Assembly (NCBI GenBank): GCA_965644295.1
Contig: CBFFRP010000234.1
Coordinates: forward strand, 1-64,000
DNA: 64,000 nucleotides
Direction of reading: 5' to 3'
Source of the DNA: Paraphysomonas bandaiensis
Taxonomy: Eukaryota; Protista; Chrysophyceae
Shown here: one piece after another, positions 12,472 through 25,411 of the stretch
How positions within the stretch are numbered: the first letter of the stretch is position 1
How the letters are laid out: each line of letters begins with the position of its first letter
Position numbers and translations under genes: made by a program
The notes under the pieces: generated by a model
Told to the model about the DNA's origin: nothing
Database searches by the model: none
Seen by the model: only the letters and a program-made list of their open reading frames with translations

Positions 12472-15147
12472 ATGAAGAGTGAGACAAACTATTACCCTGG
12501 CTGCCATGTCAGCTCTGCAGGGAAGCGCAAACCGCACCAGATTTGTGAACACCTGAAAGAAATGCTCGAAACGAGAGCCACATGCGAAAACTTACACAGA
12601 GAGTTAGATCGCAGAGAGAACCGAAACGACAACTTAATGAAAGAACTGCAAACAGTGCGACAGGCACAGAAAGATACCCAGGTATTTTAACATAGTATCT
12701 TTCTATTTCAATATAAGTGTGTTTGTAGAGAGAATTGCAAATCTTGAAAGGAATGTTTGATAAAGTAAGTTTGGAGAGAAGACAGCTCTCTGCTGAGCTT
12801 GCAGAAAGCAAGGAATATGGATACAAACTTGAAATCCAAGTGTCACGAATGCAGAATTCAACGCAACTGATATCAGATATATCTAGCACTCGCACTGAGG
12901 CCGACCAATTACGATTGGAACTAGATAAGCGAGTACTTGAATTAGATAGACTAAAAGAAAAATGCCGGAGCAGTGAAAAGGAAATTGAAACGCTTAATCG
13001 CTCTCTCGATTCGTGCGTATTCTATCAGGTACCAGTACTACTTAGATCACTAATATATTGGTTTATATGCTAATTTTTAGGGTTCTAAAAATCAAACCCG
13101 TCACGAGATTAGTGGTGGTATATCTGGCGAAAAGATGAGAAACATTTATTATGAACTTGGAAAACGACAGGCGGAGATCCATGCACTTTCCTTGTCCCTA
13201 AGTGAAGTATGCACTATAAAAGATTGTAATATCAGTGCGCTTATTTATTTTGTGGTTATTAGGCAAACAAGGAGCTTGCCACACTACGTGAGGATAACGA
13301 AATGCTTTCAATGAGTTTACAAGGTGCACAAGGAGATCTCACTGAGATTCGGAGCAACGAACAACGCCTGCTGCAGCAAACTCTTCGCGATGGTGACACT
13401 CTTGGTAAGGACTTGTTGTCAGCTGTGTATACTATATTGTCATAGTATATTAGGGGCAATTACAGCTGAGCGGGATAGTGCTCTGGAGGACTGCGAGCGC
13501 CTGCAAAAAGAAGTAGAGAAACTCTCGGAGGAGATAGAGCGAAGCCGTTTATCAGAGTCCCACAAGCGGCGAGAGCAGGAAGTGCAGGTTGAGGCACTTG
13601 GGGATGCTGTGATATCTTTAGAAGAAGAAAACAGAGCACTTAAAGATCGTTTAGAGTCCCTTCATCTCTCGCTTAGGCATAGAGAGAGTGTACAGGCACT
13701 AACTGAACAGAGATTGAAGGCTGAGTCCGATAGATTGGAGGAGGAGAAAAAGCGACTAGAGAACTCAGCTGAGGCAGAAGAAGTTTCTAAGAAACAACTT
13801 GACTTCTTGAAAACCAACTTGAACAACGCGCTAGAAGCTAACGACGCACTAGCAAGAGATAGTAGAGAGGCTGCTGCTGCCCATAGAGAAGCCCTGAGGG
13901 CTGCTGTTAGTCGCGGAGACAGGTTTGAACAACGGTGCGATTCACTGGAAAGTGAATTGAAGGCACTTCGAAAGGAGCTTGATGTCGTCATGGGAGAGAG
14001 AGAGGAGGCCGCAGGGGCTTTAAGAAGAGCCATTACAACCGCAAGGGGCCTAACTGTACGTGTTTCAGAAGAACAGGCACGACGTGAGGAGGCAGAACGT
14101 AAGCTCCAAGAGGGACAGCAGAAGATGAGTGAACTGCTTAGGGTCAAGGAGCAAGTGTCTTATGCCGTACTGGACGCATTGCACAGAGAGCGGGTCATGC
14201 AGAATTCATCTAGCAGCAAGTCGCCTGGACGAACATCCAGTGGCGAGGAGACAGTGACAGAAGCGTCGAAAAATTATTCAGTTGCCGTCGATGACAAGCG
14301 AACGGCTCATGAGCACTGGCGTTATTTTACAAGCACATACAAACCACACCCTCCTGCATTACCCACGTCCGGGAGTGCAAATAATACCCCGGTAGCACGG
14401 TCACCATTATATCGGGAGGTTCCTCCTACTGCGACTAGTGATTTAGGTCGTATCGGTGTTGGCCAAAAGAGGCCTGAGCCATCGCCATTCAAGTCAGATG
14501 CTGAGCATGCAAGAGCACTTATGGAAGGCGCAGGGACTGGATCCATCAGAGAGAATCTTATAGGAGATTTAAAACGGTAAGAATTGTGTATAATTTTGAG
14601 CATGACCTGAACATCATACTTGTACTTGCGTCAATGCTATAGGTGATGTGGAATATATTTTTTCTTGAAATGCATTAATTATACGTTACAATAGCCTGAA
14701 ACAAGAAGTGGATTTGCTCGATCAGGAATCGAAGTCTGGTACTCTTAAGGGTGAGAAGCGATACAACAGCAGCAGCGAGTCAGGAGCTTCCACACCACAG
14801 CATCTAGGACGAGATGACAGGAGTACTTCGAGTAGTAATAGTAGTACATCAGACACAAGGCGATCGCACCCAAGCACTCCAGGTTAGTCGTATAATTGTG
14901 TCAGCTTTTAGACGCGGAAATAGCCATCCTTGTGTTGTGGTATTTGTATGCAACTGTTTATATCTTTGACGTCTATGTATCAGCTACAGCAGATTCCGTG
15001 AAGCATATCGCCGAAACTAATGCCAGTGATCCATCTGGACCCCACTCCCTCTTCGATCTTATGTCTCTTGACCCAAGAGTGGCTTTTGCGAACTCTGCAC
15101 CAACAACTCCATCCAAGCCTGAAAGTGATGATCGCATTAGTTCTTGA
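12472..15147 (+). CDS. Multi-exon coiled-coil protein of unknown function with Ser-rich tail
   Basis: E/K/R/L heptad-rich exons joined by GT-AG introns (12682-12728, ~13029-13080, ~13207-13262, 13405-13453, 14577-14694, probably ~14883-14983). The 3' end is either 14887 or 15147. Confidence 0.7.
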
Positions 15148-15823
15148 GATGTATTCAGAAGGGTTGATTCTCTTTGAGCGCTGCTGGCATGGGTTTTTGC
15201 ATCACTATCCATGCAGTGAAATGACTGTATGGAAGTGACTGTGCAGTAATTGTTGTGAAACTGTGTGTAATTGTTACTTATAACAATGGTCATATGTAAT
15301 AAATATTCAAATGGTGTCTATTTATTTTCTCGTACATGTATTCGAGTGCATTGTATATTCGTTCATTATAGCATCTGTAAATGGGCAATTTGGGGAAATA
15401 TTATGAACACCAACATATTGAGGCCGTACATGCAATAAATATATGTCGCACTCAATATATGTGACGTATATTTTGACTAAACCTTATCAGAAGTCGACAT
15501 GTTAAGATGGTTTAAGTTTAATTCACTGAGCGTAATGTACACTCAATGCTTGAATAATCAATCAATCTCACCTATCACTCATTGTCATTCGCCAAATTCA
15601 TGTTATCTCAACTACTAATCAGTTTCATACAATATTATATATGCCTATCATCTCAATAGTTCATGTAATACTGTTACTCAGTACTGTATTCTTCAGGTAA
15701 TGGTCATAATTCAAATATCTTAGAACCACAGCTTCAATTGCTCCCAAACAACAAAACGTAACAAATTTGTATATGTTGTACTTATGTTATATATATTTTA
15801 CCTGTATCTGCCCAACAAAAAAA

Positions 15824-15898
15824 GTAGGATATCAGAGTTAAGCACTAAGTTAGCTCTGACTTCACTTATTGTTAATAATAAGATATTCACTAATATCT
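15824..15898. repeat. Dispersed repeat with stem-loop; second copy at 22860-22939
   Basis: GTAGGATATCAGAGTTAAGCACTAA(G/A)TTAG(C/T)TCTGACTT...TATTGT(T/A)AATAATAAG...ATTCACTA is present at both loci. Confidence 0.75.
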
Positions 15899-16367
15899 AT
15901 ATCTGGCTGTTTTTTGTATAATATTCATGTTGACGAATTCCAACACAATGTATTCAATATTCACTTATTTACTCAGTTTTTGTTTTGGAGGTTGGTGGAG
16001 ATGTTGAATTGCAGTACTTACTGTAGCGGGCATATATATAACTAGCAGCTGTGCAGTTACTGCACCAATCTGTAGAGACTGCTAATGATCTAGTGAAGGT
16101 GACGAAAAAATATTGAATATTACTGCTAATTGGCATTGCTTTCTAGACACGTATCCCGTGGGTAAAGGTATGTTTTCGTTACTGGTCTAATATTTAAGTC
16201 CGTTTGTCAATCAGTTAGCTAGCGCATATCATAACATGCCACCATTGTACCGAAACTAATAAAGGTGTGGATCTAACACAAGTGTAAGCGTTACCACGCT
16301 ACTACTATACTACTATATAGAATATAGGTTCCATTCAATTGAAAAACAGAGCAAAAACGACTCTTGA

Positions 16368-17105
16368 TTACAACTCGCCACATTGTTCAATTTCTATATC
16401 CAGTTTAGGCTTATTTCCAGTTCCTAGAGCCACATATCAATTACATGTTATTCGAAACACTTGCACAGTTACCTGCAGGTACATTCTCTATTTTCCTGAC
16501 CACCAAGAGTGAGTCCTCATCAATAACCTGAGCACCATTACGGCATGATACAAAGATAATAGATACAAGTATATGTACCTTCCCGAATACGACATGCTTG
16601 CCGTCTAGCCAATCACACTTCGCACAAGTAATGAAAAACTGACAGCCATTCGTATTCACACCGCTGCAAAAAGTGAGGTCCAAAAATACACAAACTTAAC
16701 TCACAAACCTGTTAGCCATCGATAGAAGACCAGGCCCGGTATGTCGTAAAGTAAAATTTTCATCGGCAAAATGATCCCCATATATGCTCATACGACCAGT
16801 GCCATCATTCTTGAGGAAATCACCGCCTGACACATATAACCACAAGTACGCTGACTACCACGACTGTTACCTTGAATCATAAACCCTTTAATAACACGAT
16901 GAAATTTGCACCCCTTGTATCCTACTGGCAACCCCGATCTACGGTATTCACCCGTACAGAACTGTCTGAAGTTCTCAGCTGTGCGAGGACACACGTCAGC
17001 AAACAGCTCTATTTTAATACGACCCGCTGATGACCCCCCGATAGAAACATCCAAGAACACTACTGGGTTTCCCCTTTCCACTGCATCTGCGATTGCAGGA
17101 TCCAT
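16368..17105 (-). CDS. PPIH: Cyclophilin H-type peptidyl-prolyl isomerase (U4/U6 snRNP)
   Basis: [85 protein letters not shown]-terminus [15 protein letters not shown]; four short introns. Confidence 0.92.
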
Positions 17106-17160
17106 GTTGAGGTCTTTCTTTTAGGAATTAAGGTTCCTTTGAGAATAACCATACAACAAA

Positions 17161-17724
17161 CATACACACATACATACATACATACATACATACATACATA
17201 CATAAATACATACATACATACATACATACATACATACATACATACATACATACATACATACATACATACATACATACATACATACATACATACATACATA
17301 CATACATACATACATACATACATACATACATACATACATACATACATACATACATACATACATACATACATACATACATACATACATACATACATACATA
17401 CATACATACATACATACATACATACATACATACATACATACATACATACATACATACATACATACATACATACATACATACATACATACATACATACATA
17501 CATACATACATACATACATACATACACATACATACATACATACATACATACATACATACATACATACATACATACATACATACATACATACATACATACA
17601 TACATACATACATACATACATACATACATACATACATACATACATACATACATACATACATACATACATACATACATACATACATACATACATACATACA
17701 TACATACATACATACATACATACA

Positions 17725-17754
<30 letters not shown>
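17161..17754. repeat. (CATA)n/(TATG)n microsatellite, about 594 bp
   Basis: Near-perfect tetranucleotide tract with very few interruptions. Confidence 0.99.
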
Positions 17755-17760
<6 letters not shown>

Positions 17761-17832
17761 CAGTGGTATTCCCAGCTTTTAACTGTTGTATGTGTATCTG
17801 GTGTCTAAGTAGCCATATATAACTCCACCATC

Positions 17833-19383
17833 ATGACCAAGCCACTCTTCCCTTGGACATGTCTTGTTCTGGCATCTTTGCTATCAGTCCACTGCACTTC
17901 ATCGACCTCCCTCCGCCCCCTTCCCCTCCCTCTGTCTCTCGCATGCGTCACATGGAATCTAGCAGAGAAGAGTCCTCAAGACTCCGACTGCGGCTTCATA
18001 AGAGACCTCAGAGGCAATGATTGTATAGCTGTGGGTGTTCAGGTGCGGTGTTGTGCCTTATAATTGCATTGTATGAGATGAGTCGCGTCAGGAGTGTGAG
18101 AGTATTAAGCCCAGAAGAGAGGAGGGAAGGAGGTCTCGTCTATGGCGCTTGCGTCAGAAGCGATCTGTTGGACGAAACCATGACATCATTGCACATCATC
18201 GGTTTGGTGGAATGCAACTATCAGTATTTGTCAAGACGCATCTTGTTGATGAGGTGTGTAGAGGCAATTGTCAATACATGTGTCACCAGTCCCAATTGCA
18301 GGTCCAGGATGTCCAGGTTATAGATGTGGCGTGTGGGATTGGAAATCTTCTCTCAAATAAGGGTCGGAAGAATAAATGTATTTTTACAAATTATATCTTA
18401 CTGACTGATACACAGGTGCTATAGCTGTGCTCCTTCGGTTGCGGGGTAAGACAATCTGCATTATTAACGCTCACCTTGCGGCGCATCAGAATAATGTAAG
18501 ACCTTGATAAGGTACCTGCTGTTTTTTCCTGATAGGTCCGTGTTTCTCGCAGGTGGAGGCTCGTAATTATGCGTACATTCGCATCAGGGATCGTGTACTT
18601 GAACAAGCAGACCCTCATTGGTTTCAGGATGATGTGTTTCATAAACCTGATCAGCACCACGAGGTGGGAAAGAGATCAGGTGGTAAACGACCTTCATTAC
18701 ACCAGAATGGGATGTGGATGAGGCAGGAAGAATCCAAGGATGAATATGACATGTTCTCCTGTGATGTGGATCACACGATCGATGAACATGACGAGGAGGA
18801 ATGGCCTTTTGACGCGGTCCTCTTTATGGGGGATCTAAATTACCGCATCGACTTACCACGGTACAAAATGGAACGTATGATGCAGGAGCATCAAATGAAC
18901 GAACACGCTGGGCGGAAGAGTCGACCGACGGGGTCCAGTATATACACTGGAATGGTAGTACCAGATACTGTAACTCCTCTCCTACGACGAGTACTTAAAA
19001 AAGACCAGTTGGCTAGGGAGAAGCGAAAAGGCAGAGCGTTCACAGCGTTCTCTGAAGGGCCCATCAATTTCTATCCGACGTATAAATATGATAAAGGCTC
19101 TGGGTTGATTGACAGCAGTGATAAAGCAAGGATACCAGGATGGCCTGATAGGATACTTTATAGAAGTCGGGACTGTCAACCACGTCCCGACCAAGGGAAT
19201 TCTTCCCACAGTGTGGAACCTGGATCTGAGTCCCAATTGACTGTGGATGGGGATTGTCCGGCGTGTAGATTAGATTTGAATTTAGGGAAGTATTACAGTG
19301 TGGACGTTAGGCATGGAGACCACAGACCAGTGGTGGCCGTTTTTGATGTAAATATTTCAGGATGCAAAGCAGTACCAGAATGA
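17833..19383 (+). CDS. Inositol polyphosphate 5-phosphatase family protein with N-terminal signal peptide
   Basis: VTWNLA, VGVQE, GIGNLLSNKG, NAHLAAHQ, FMGDLNYRI, FYPTYKYDKG, PGWPDRILY, GDHRPV; four short introns between 18043 and 18552. Confidence 0.85.
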
Positions 19384-19774
19384 TCTACAACATAGAAAGC
19401 TTAATATTTTTGTGACGTATTCGATTTTTTATCACATTACATCAGTGAGGGCGATACAATGCAATACTATGTAACGATTGACTTGTCGTATCAACGATTT
19501 ATGGTGCTAATCAGTGTTGATGTGTGATCAATTTGCTAGATAGGATTTTTTAATAGATGTAATCAGCTCGTGATATAATGACTTGCACTTTCACCAGTTT
19601 ACATCATGACCTTCAGTCTAAACGTCTTAAATATCCTGTAAACATATGTTATTTAATTTTTTGTATTTTACCAAAGTGAGGTAACGCAGTGTACTACCGA
19701 GAATTATAATTGCTTGTATCTATGCAAACTCCATATACGCTACGCCACGTGTTCCAACAGGAAGGAAATTACAA

Positions 19775-22515
19775 CACTGCCTAGTCTGATTGAAAATCTG
19801 ATTATTAAGAAGCGCAAGCTTGTGCGTTGCCGCGACCAACCTAACAACTCGCGCGACACTATGCATAACATGACTCTCATCTAGTTACTATTGCATGCAC
19901 CGACAAGTGCTCAACTATACAACACGATTTAGTTAGCTACATGGGCATACGACGAGTTGGGTGTTTAAGCCGGATCATACGCTCCTGCCCAATCTACTTG
20001 TCCTAACACAAACAACTTGCGGTCGGTGTCTTCGGCATATGTCTCCTGTATATGCGGCAGATCTTTAGGGCCCTCTTCAAGGTGGTGTTCACAGCAGCAG
20101 GTAGTCTGGAAGGGAGAATAAAGTAGCTATAGCGCCGGGTCCTCCCACGGTCACGAAGCGGTCTCACTGGTGCAATTTTGCACACTGACGCATGAAACAG
20201 ACATCTACCAAAATCTGTTACAAATTCAAGCTGACTCCAATGTCTTCCCTCCATTGTGTGCACTCATCCAGCACATGCATCCACCTTGCACTCTTCTCCC
20301 GAGTGACTTACACTAGTAGGAAACCGTGCACCTTCCGCGCTCGGATGAAAACCTACTAAGCAAGAATAACATAAAAGCACCACAAATGTACCTGACACTG
20401 CTTGGAGAACAGTGCCAGAGCCTTGATATAATCTCAATGACCTGGGTCAGGAGAAACCAAGACTAGGCAGTAGACGTGTGAGAAGACATGACAGGTCTAA
20501 TCACATCATTGCCATTGCCATGCATCCATGAGGAAAGTTTGACGCATTACCTCGGTCATTGGCCGGCCACACAGATACCGAATAATGTGAACTCATACTC
20601 AGCATCAATCACTCAAAGCAAACGCAGGGAGCAAGCAGAATGTTGATATACCTGACATCTGCTGACTTCAGGTGTTTTGAGTTCTTAAGGTGAACATCCC
20701 GGATGCTTAACTTCAGCAGGCAGCCCAATACCCCAGTTACCCTTCTGGTGGGCCCTGTCCCGGATGCCCTTGAGGTGGGCCCATTCCCGGATGCCTGTTT
20801 ATTCGTCAGGGCCCAAAGACGTCTACACAAGTGACACTTATTAGTGTCCCTTGTACCACACAAGCATTTGGCTATGAGTGGGCAGAACAATATATCTGCT
20901 GACTATATAATATGCGGCTCACGTTAGTTTCCCGGAGAAATATCTCCGGTACTTATCCCCCAGAACACCACGAAAAGGTGCGAGTCCGACTTTGTTGAGG
21001 GACACTGCCTAGTCTGGATATATTAAATAAATTTAGATATTAGCTATATTCTACGCTCACATTTCTCTTTCCGCCTTTGTAAAAGAAGTAATACATTTTT
21101 ATTTAGATTCACTGTTTCACGTATATCCCTTAACGCACGAATACAGCGAAATATCAATAGACTAAATATATTTCCAGACTAAAGATAAAATACACACTGA
21201 CATCAGACTTGGTTGGATGCCTCGTCGCCGGTTGGACAAGACACAGTAATCTATGATTGGTTCCAATGCTCTATTCAACCATGTCTTGGAATAATCTATT
21301 GGGCATTATTCTTCATCATGTATAGTTTATATTTTACCTTCTAACTAATAACATTATATATTATTTCGTTCGAAATATATCTTTCATTGAACACCAAGAC
21401 TAGCTACATATCTTATTTGTTCCCTCCACAAAGTTGAACTCGCACCTTCTCGTGGTGTTCTGAAGGATAAATACCGGAGATATTTCTCCTGGAACCTAAC
21501 GTGAGTCGCATATAGTCAGCAGATACTATTTTGCCCACTCTAAAGTCGAGGTAATACCAAAACCTGGTGAAATGTTTAAAACCTGGTGAAATATTTGATG
21601 ATGGTCGGAAAAGTGTTTAAATATGGAATGCACAATAACTAACTATATGAAGATATTAACTGTGTGAAGATATTGTTTATAATATATTTTACTACTTTCT
21701 TGCATATTACTTCAGTTTCATTTTTTTCGCCGATTTACACACATATATTATACAGTTCAAGCTATTTCGTCAAACATAATATGAAGCTATTCTTTGTACG
21801 ATACCCGATCACTACGTCGACGTTTTCCGGTCACAACATTCTCAGATGAGAGAGAGCCTTGATCCACCCATTCGATTGTAGGCTCTGTCACTATTTCCCA
21901 TTGCTGTTTTTTAGTCCTTTCCTCTGACGAAGTTACTGTATATATTATAATATATAACGTTTACATAATAATCATATTATTATATAATATATATACTAAC
22001 CTTTTATGTGCCTCAAGTAACTTGCCGCTAGGTTGTTATCATATACTGTCCATCATTATATTTTTTGATATCGTAAGTATTGTCGCTGTGTACCTGAGTA
22101 TATATATATATATCTCTTACATTTATTGATTAAATATATGTGTGACGCATGTCGCTGCTTACCTCAGAAATAATACCCCTTAAATTGTGTATGTTAGAAA
22201 CTATAGTTCGTTAACTGCGAATGTTGATGACTAACGATGACAATCTGATTCTGGGTCTGACACTTGTTCTTCAACCTCATAGCCAAATGCTGGTGTGGTA
22301 CAACAAGGGACACCAATAAGTGTCACTTGTGTAGACGTATTTGGGCCGTGACGAATAAACATGCATCCGGGAACACACCCACCTCAAGGGCATCCGGGGT
22401 ATTGGGCTTCCTACTGAAGTCAAGCATCCGAGATGAGTTCACCTTAAGGAATTTAAAATCCTGAAGTCAGCAGATGTCAGGTATATCAACAATCTGCTTT
22501 CTCACTGTGTTTGCT
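19775..22515. mobile_element. Nested cluster of degenerate TIR elements
   Basis: ACTGCCTAGTCT at 19776 and 21004, its reverse complement at 20460 and partially at 21398; 20617-21004 is inverted relative to 21418-21540 plus 22276-22515; Cys-rich ORF fragments KC(L/W)CGT..DTNKCHLCRR. Confidence 0.65.
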
Positions 22516-23125
22516 GTAACTTTTCAATGAATGTGTTGAACGAACACTGGTGTGAAGCAATGTTCCCTTCTGAGGGATATACTTTATTGCTATATATTGC
22601 TATAAGCCTATATTGAACAAGTGTAACTAAATGGTTGTTATTTACCACTAATCGGGCCAATCATTGAAAAGTAATGGCTATCTCTTACTGTTGGTTTATA
22701 ATGCATTGCATTTGCATTGGTGCATGAGTCGCTATAAATGCATTCTATACGTGTACGTGCGTTGTACAGACATGGGGAACACATGCTACGTGCTAGTATC
22801 TGCTGCTCCACCTTGGTGCTTGTGGTGACGCACAAGACGCTTTTTCGTAGCGTTAAAGGGTAGGATATCAGAGTTAAGCACTAAATTAGTTCTGACTTTC
22901 TAACACATATTGTAAATAATAAGGCATTCACTACTATCTTATTACTTTTCGGTCATACTTCTTCGATACGATGTAATATTTATACTGGCAATGGATATGG
23001 GCGATGCCATATCACAACACGAAGCTCGACAGCGAATTAAAACTAACTGGTTGAACTGCACCCATCAATATATCATTACAGAACATCAATCAGCCAAAGT
23101 CTAATATTCGCTATATATTATTAAT

Positions 23126-25059
23126 TCATATCCCATCCAATGTCGCTTCAATTTCATTTGATTGACGATGAATATGGGTTTCATGCTGCACTAGTATATT
23201 ATGCAACTCTTGTGGCATGGAATAGCCTATTTCATTTAAAACTGTTCTGATTCTTTCGATAAGAGAAGGTTTTTTCTCCGAGGATTTCTCTAATTTCAAG
23301 AGCTGCACGTAACACTCAATGAGCAGAACTCCCACTTGGGAGTTTTCCCTAGCTCCCGATCTAAACAAAGATTCTGCAATATCAACAGATTTTGCAGCCA
23401 TGTCATACGCCTCTCTGAATTCCCCCCTACTGCTTAGTATTTCTGCCATAAGGGAGTACGAAAGAATTCTGTTCCGAACATACGTCTCGTAATCTGCTGA
23501 CCCTGGGGGCACATCTGCGATGGCTAGAGATTTCTCCATCGCGCGACGGGAAGTAATAAGGGCCTTGTCTAGCATTCCCAAGCGTCGACACATGCGAGCG
23601 ATAGTGCCCAGCGCGGTTGACTGTCGGTACAACACGGGTCTTCGGTCAGATGTAGGTCTATCGGCTAGGGCCTCTAGCACAATTTCCAGGAGAGATATAA
23701 CCTATGCATCGAGAAAATAAGCAATACTGCCGGGTGATTCTCAGAATCTCACCTTTTCACCCTTTTCTACGGCCTCGGGAGAATCCGGAGATAACAAGAA
23801 GGAGTCATGAAGATTCTTGGTCATATGATCGGAGAAGTAAAGTCTCTCATTTGGGGGACTCATTTTGGACGCCCGCTCCACTAGCTTGTAGTTTTGGTCG
23901 AAATGATCCACGCATATATCAATATTACCCACCACGACGTCCCTACCAACACTACAGAGCGAAGAGGTTTCTTCATGTAAGTGCTGGAAACAATCGTTAA
24001 GTCGATTCACAAACTCCACGCGCTTTTGAAGAGTCGCTTTACTGCGACTTCCGGCTGGTGGTGCTTCATATGCAAGCATCGAGCACTTCTCTCTCCTCTC
24101 TATGATGCGGCTTTCGAGTACGTCCTGGGCAACTCCTGCAATCACACTCCGTGAGAGACCATACCGATAGGTATCTACACTTGCTCCATTGTCCTGCGAG
24201 CAGGCATTTGCTGCCGCAAGCTGAAACACTCTGTCTCGGATAGTGTTACTTTCCCCCACAAGGTGAAGAATTTTGGAGGAGTCATCGTAGGTAGCGTACA
24301 CAGGAAACTCTGTATTGATGTCTCCGGGTGGCAAAACCGCAATCTTTTTTCTTGATCGCTGGGTGCTCTGCAACTTAGTGTATAGATCGTTAAATGCGTG
24401 TTGATCACAGTCAAATACATATCGGGCCTCCCACCATGTCCTGAAAAACTGGTATGCCCACTTGGTGTTACGTACAATCATGAAGCCCGTGTTCCCTATG
24501 TCTGATGTGTCAGCAGATAGTATCAAATCTGCTGAATGATGCATATCTGCAACTGCCTCTATAGCAAACTTAGAATCCATTATTATTAAGTCCGCGTCCA
24601 TTGCTACCAGCAGCTTGGCATCTCTAGCCCAGCCGTCTTGTGGGTCGAACGCATCTAACACAGCTGCAATACAAGACGTAAAACAACACTCATGCATGAA
24701 CCACACCCGCTACCTGCGATCTTGTTCCATCTCCTGTCCTCAGGGAAGAAGTCAGAGGCGGAGTCCTCAGAGAGGAAGTTTATCTTGTAACCGTGCATCT
24801 CCGCATAGTGGGTGTTGAGTAGTAAGGCCGGGGCGGCATATGACCATATGTCCGTCGAAGCAAATACAACAAATGCAACAGTTGATTTATCTATCTGGCT
24901 GTTGTGGAAGGAGTAGACAGACGGGGAGGACTCCACGCACTCTACAGTGTCAGACCAGAGGCCCAGGGAACTACAGCATGATGAGAGTATGCTGTGTGAT
25001 GAGATAACAGGATGGATTGAACATATACAAGTGAGAGAGAGGAGAAGAGAGAGCATCAT
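23126..25059 (-). CDS. GT34 (GMA12/MNN10-like) glycosyltransferase with signal peptide and C-terminal TPR-like helices
   Basis: YAEMHGY, DRRWNKI, AMDADLIIMD (DxD), GNTGFMIVRNTKWA, DCDQHAFN; introns at about 24664-24713 and 23703-23752; helical C-terminal exon. Confidence 0.8.
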
Positions 25060-25123
25060 GAGGCGTATGGATAGATAGATACACGCATGAGAGCAGAGTG
25101 GACTTTGAAGAGTGGACGAACTA

Positions 25124-25411
25124 CACATACATACATACATACATACATACATACATACATACATACATACATACATACATACATACATACATACATACAT
25201 ACATACATACATACATACATACATACATACATACATACATACATACATACATACATACATACATACATACATACATACATACATACATACATACATACAT
25301 ACATACATACATACATACATACATACATACATACATACATACATACATACATACATACATACATACATACATACATACATACATACATACATACATACAT
25401 ACATACATACA
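25124..25411. repeat. (CATA)n/(TATG)n microsatellite, about 288 bp
   Basis: Perfect tetranucleotide tract about 65 bp upstream of the GT34 ATG. Confidence 0.99.

Noticed and set aside
17060-17822. Long MYVC and HTYI ORFs
   Set aside because: Translation of a stop-free tetranucleotide repeat; no independent coding evidence. The same applies to 25056-25555.
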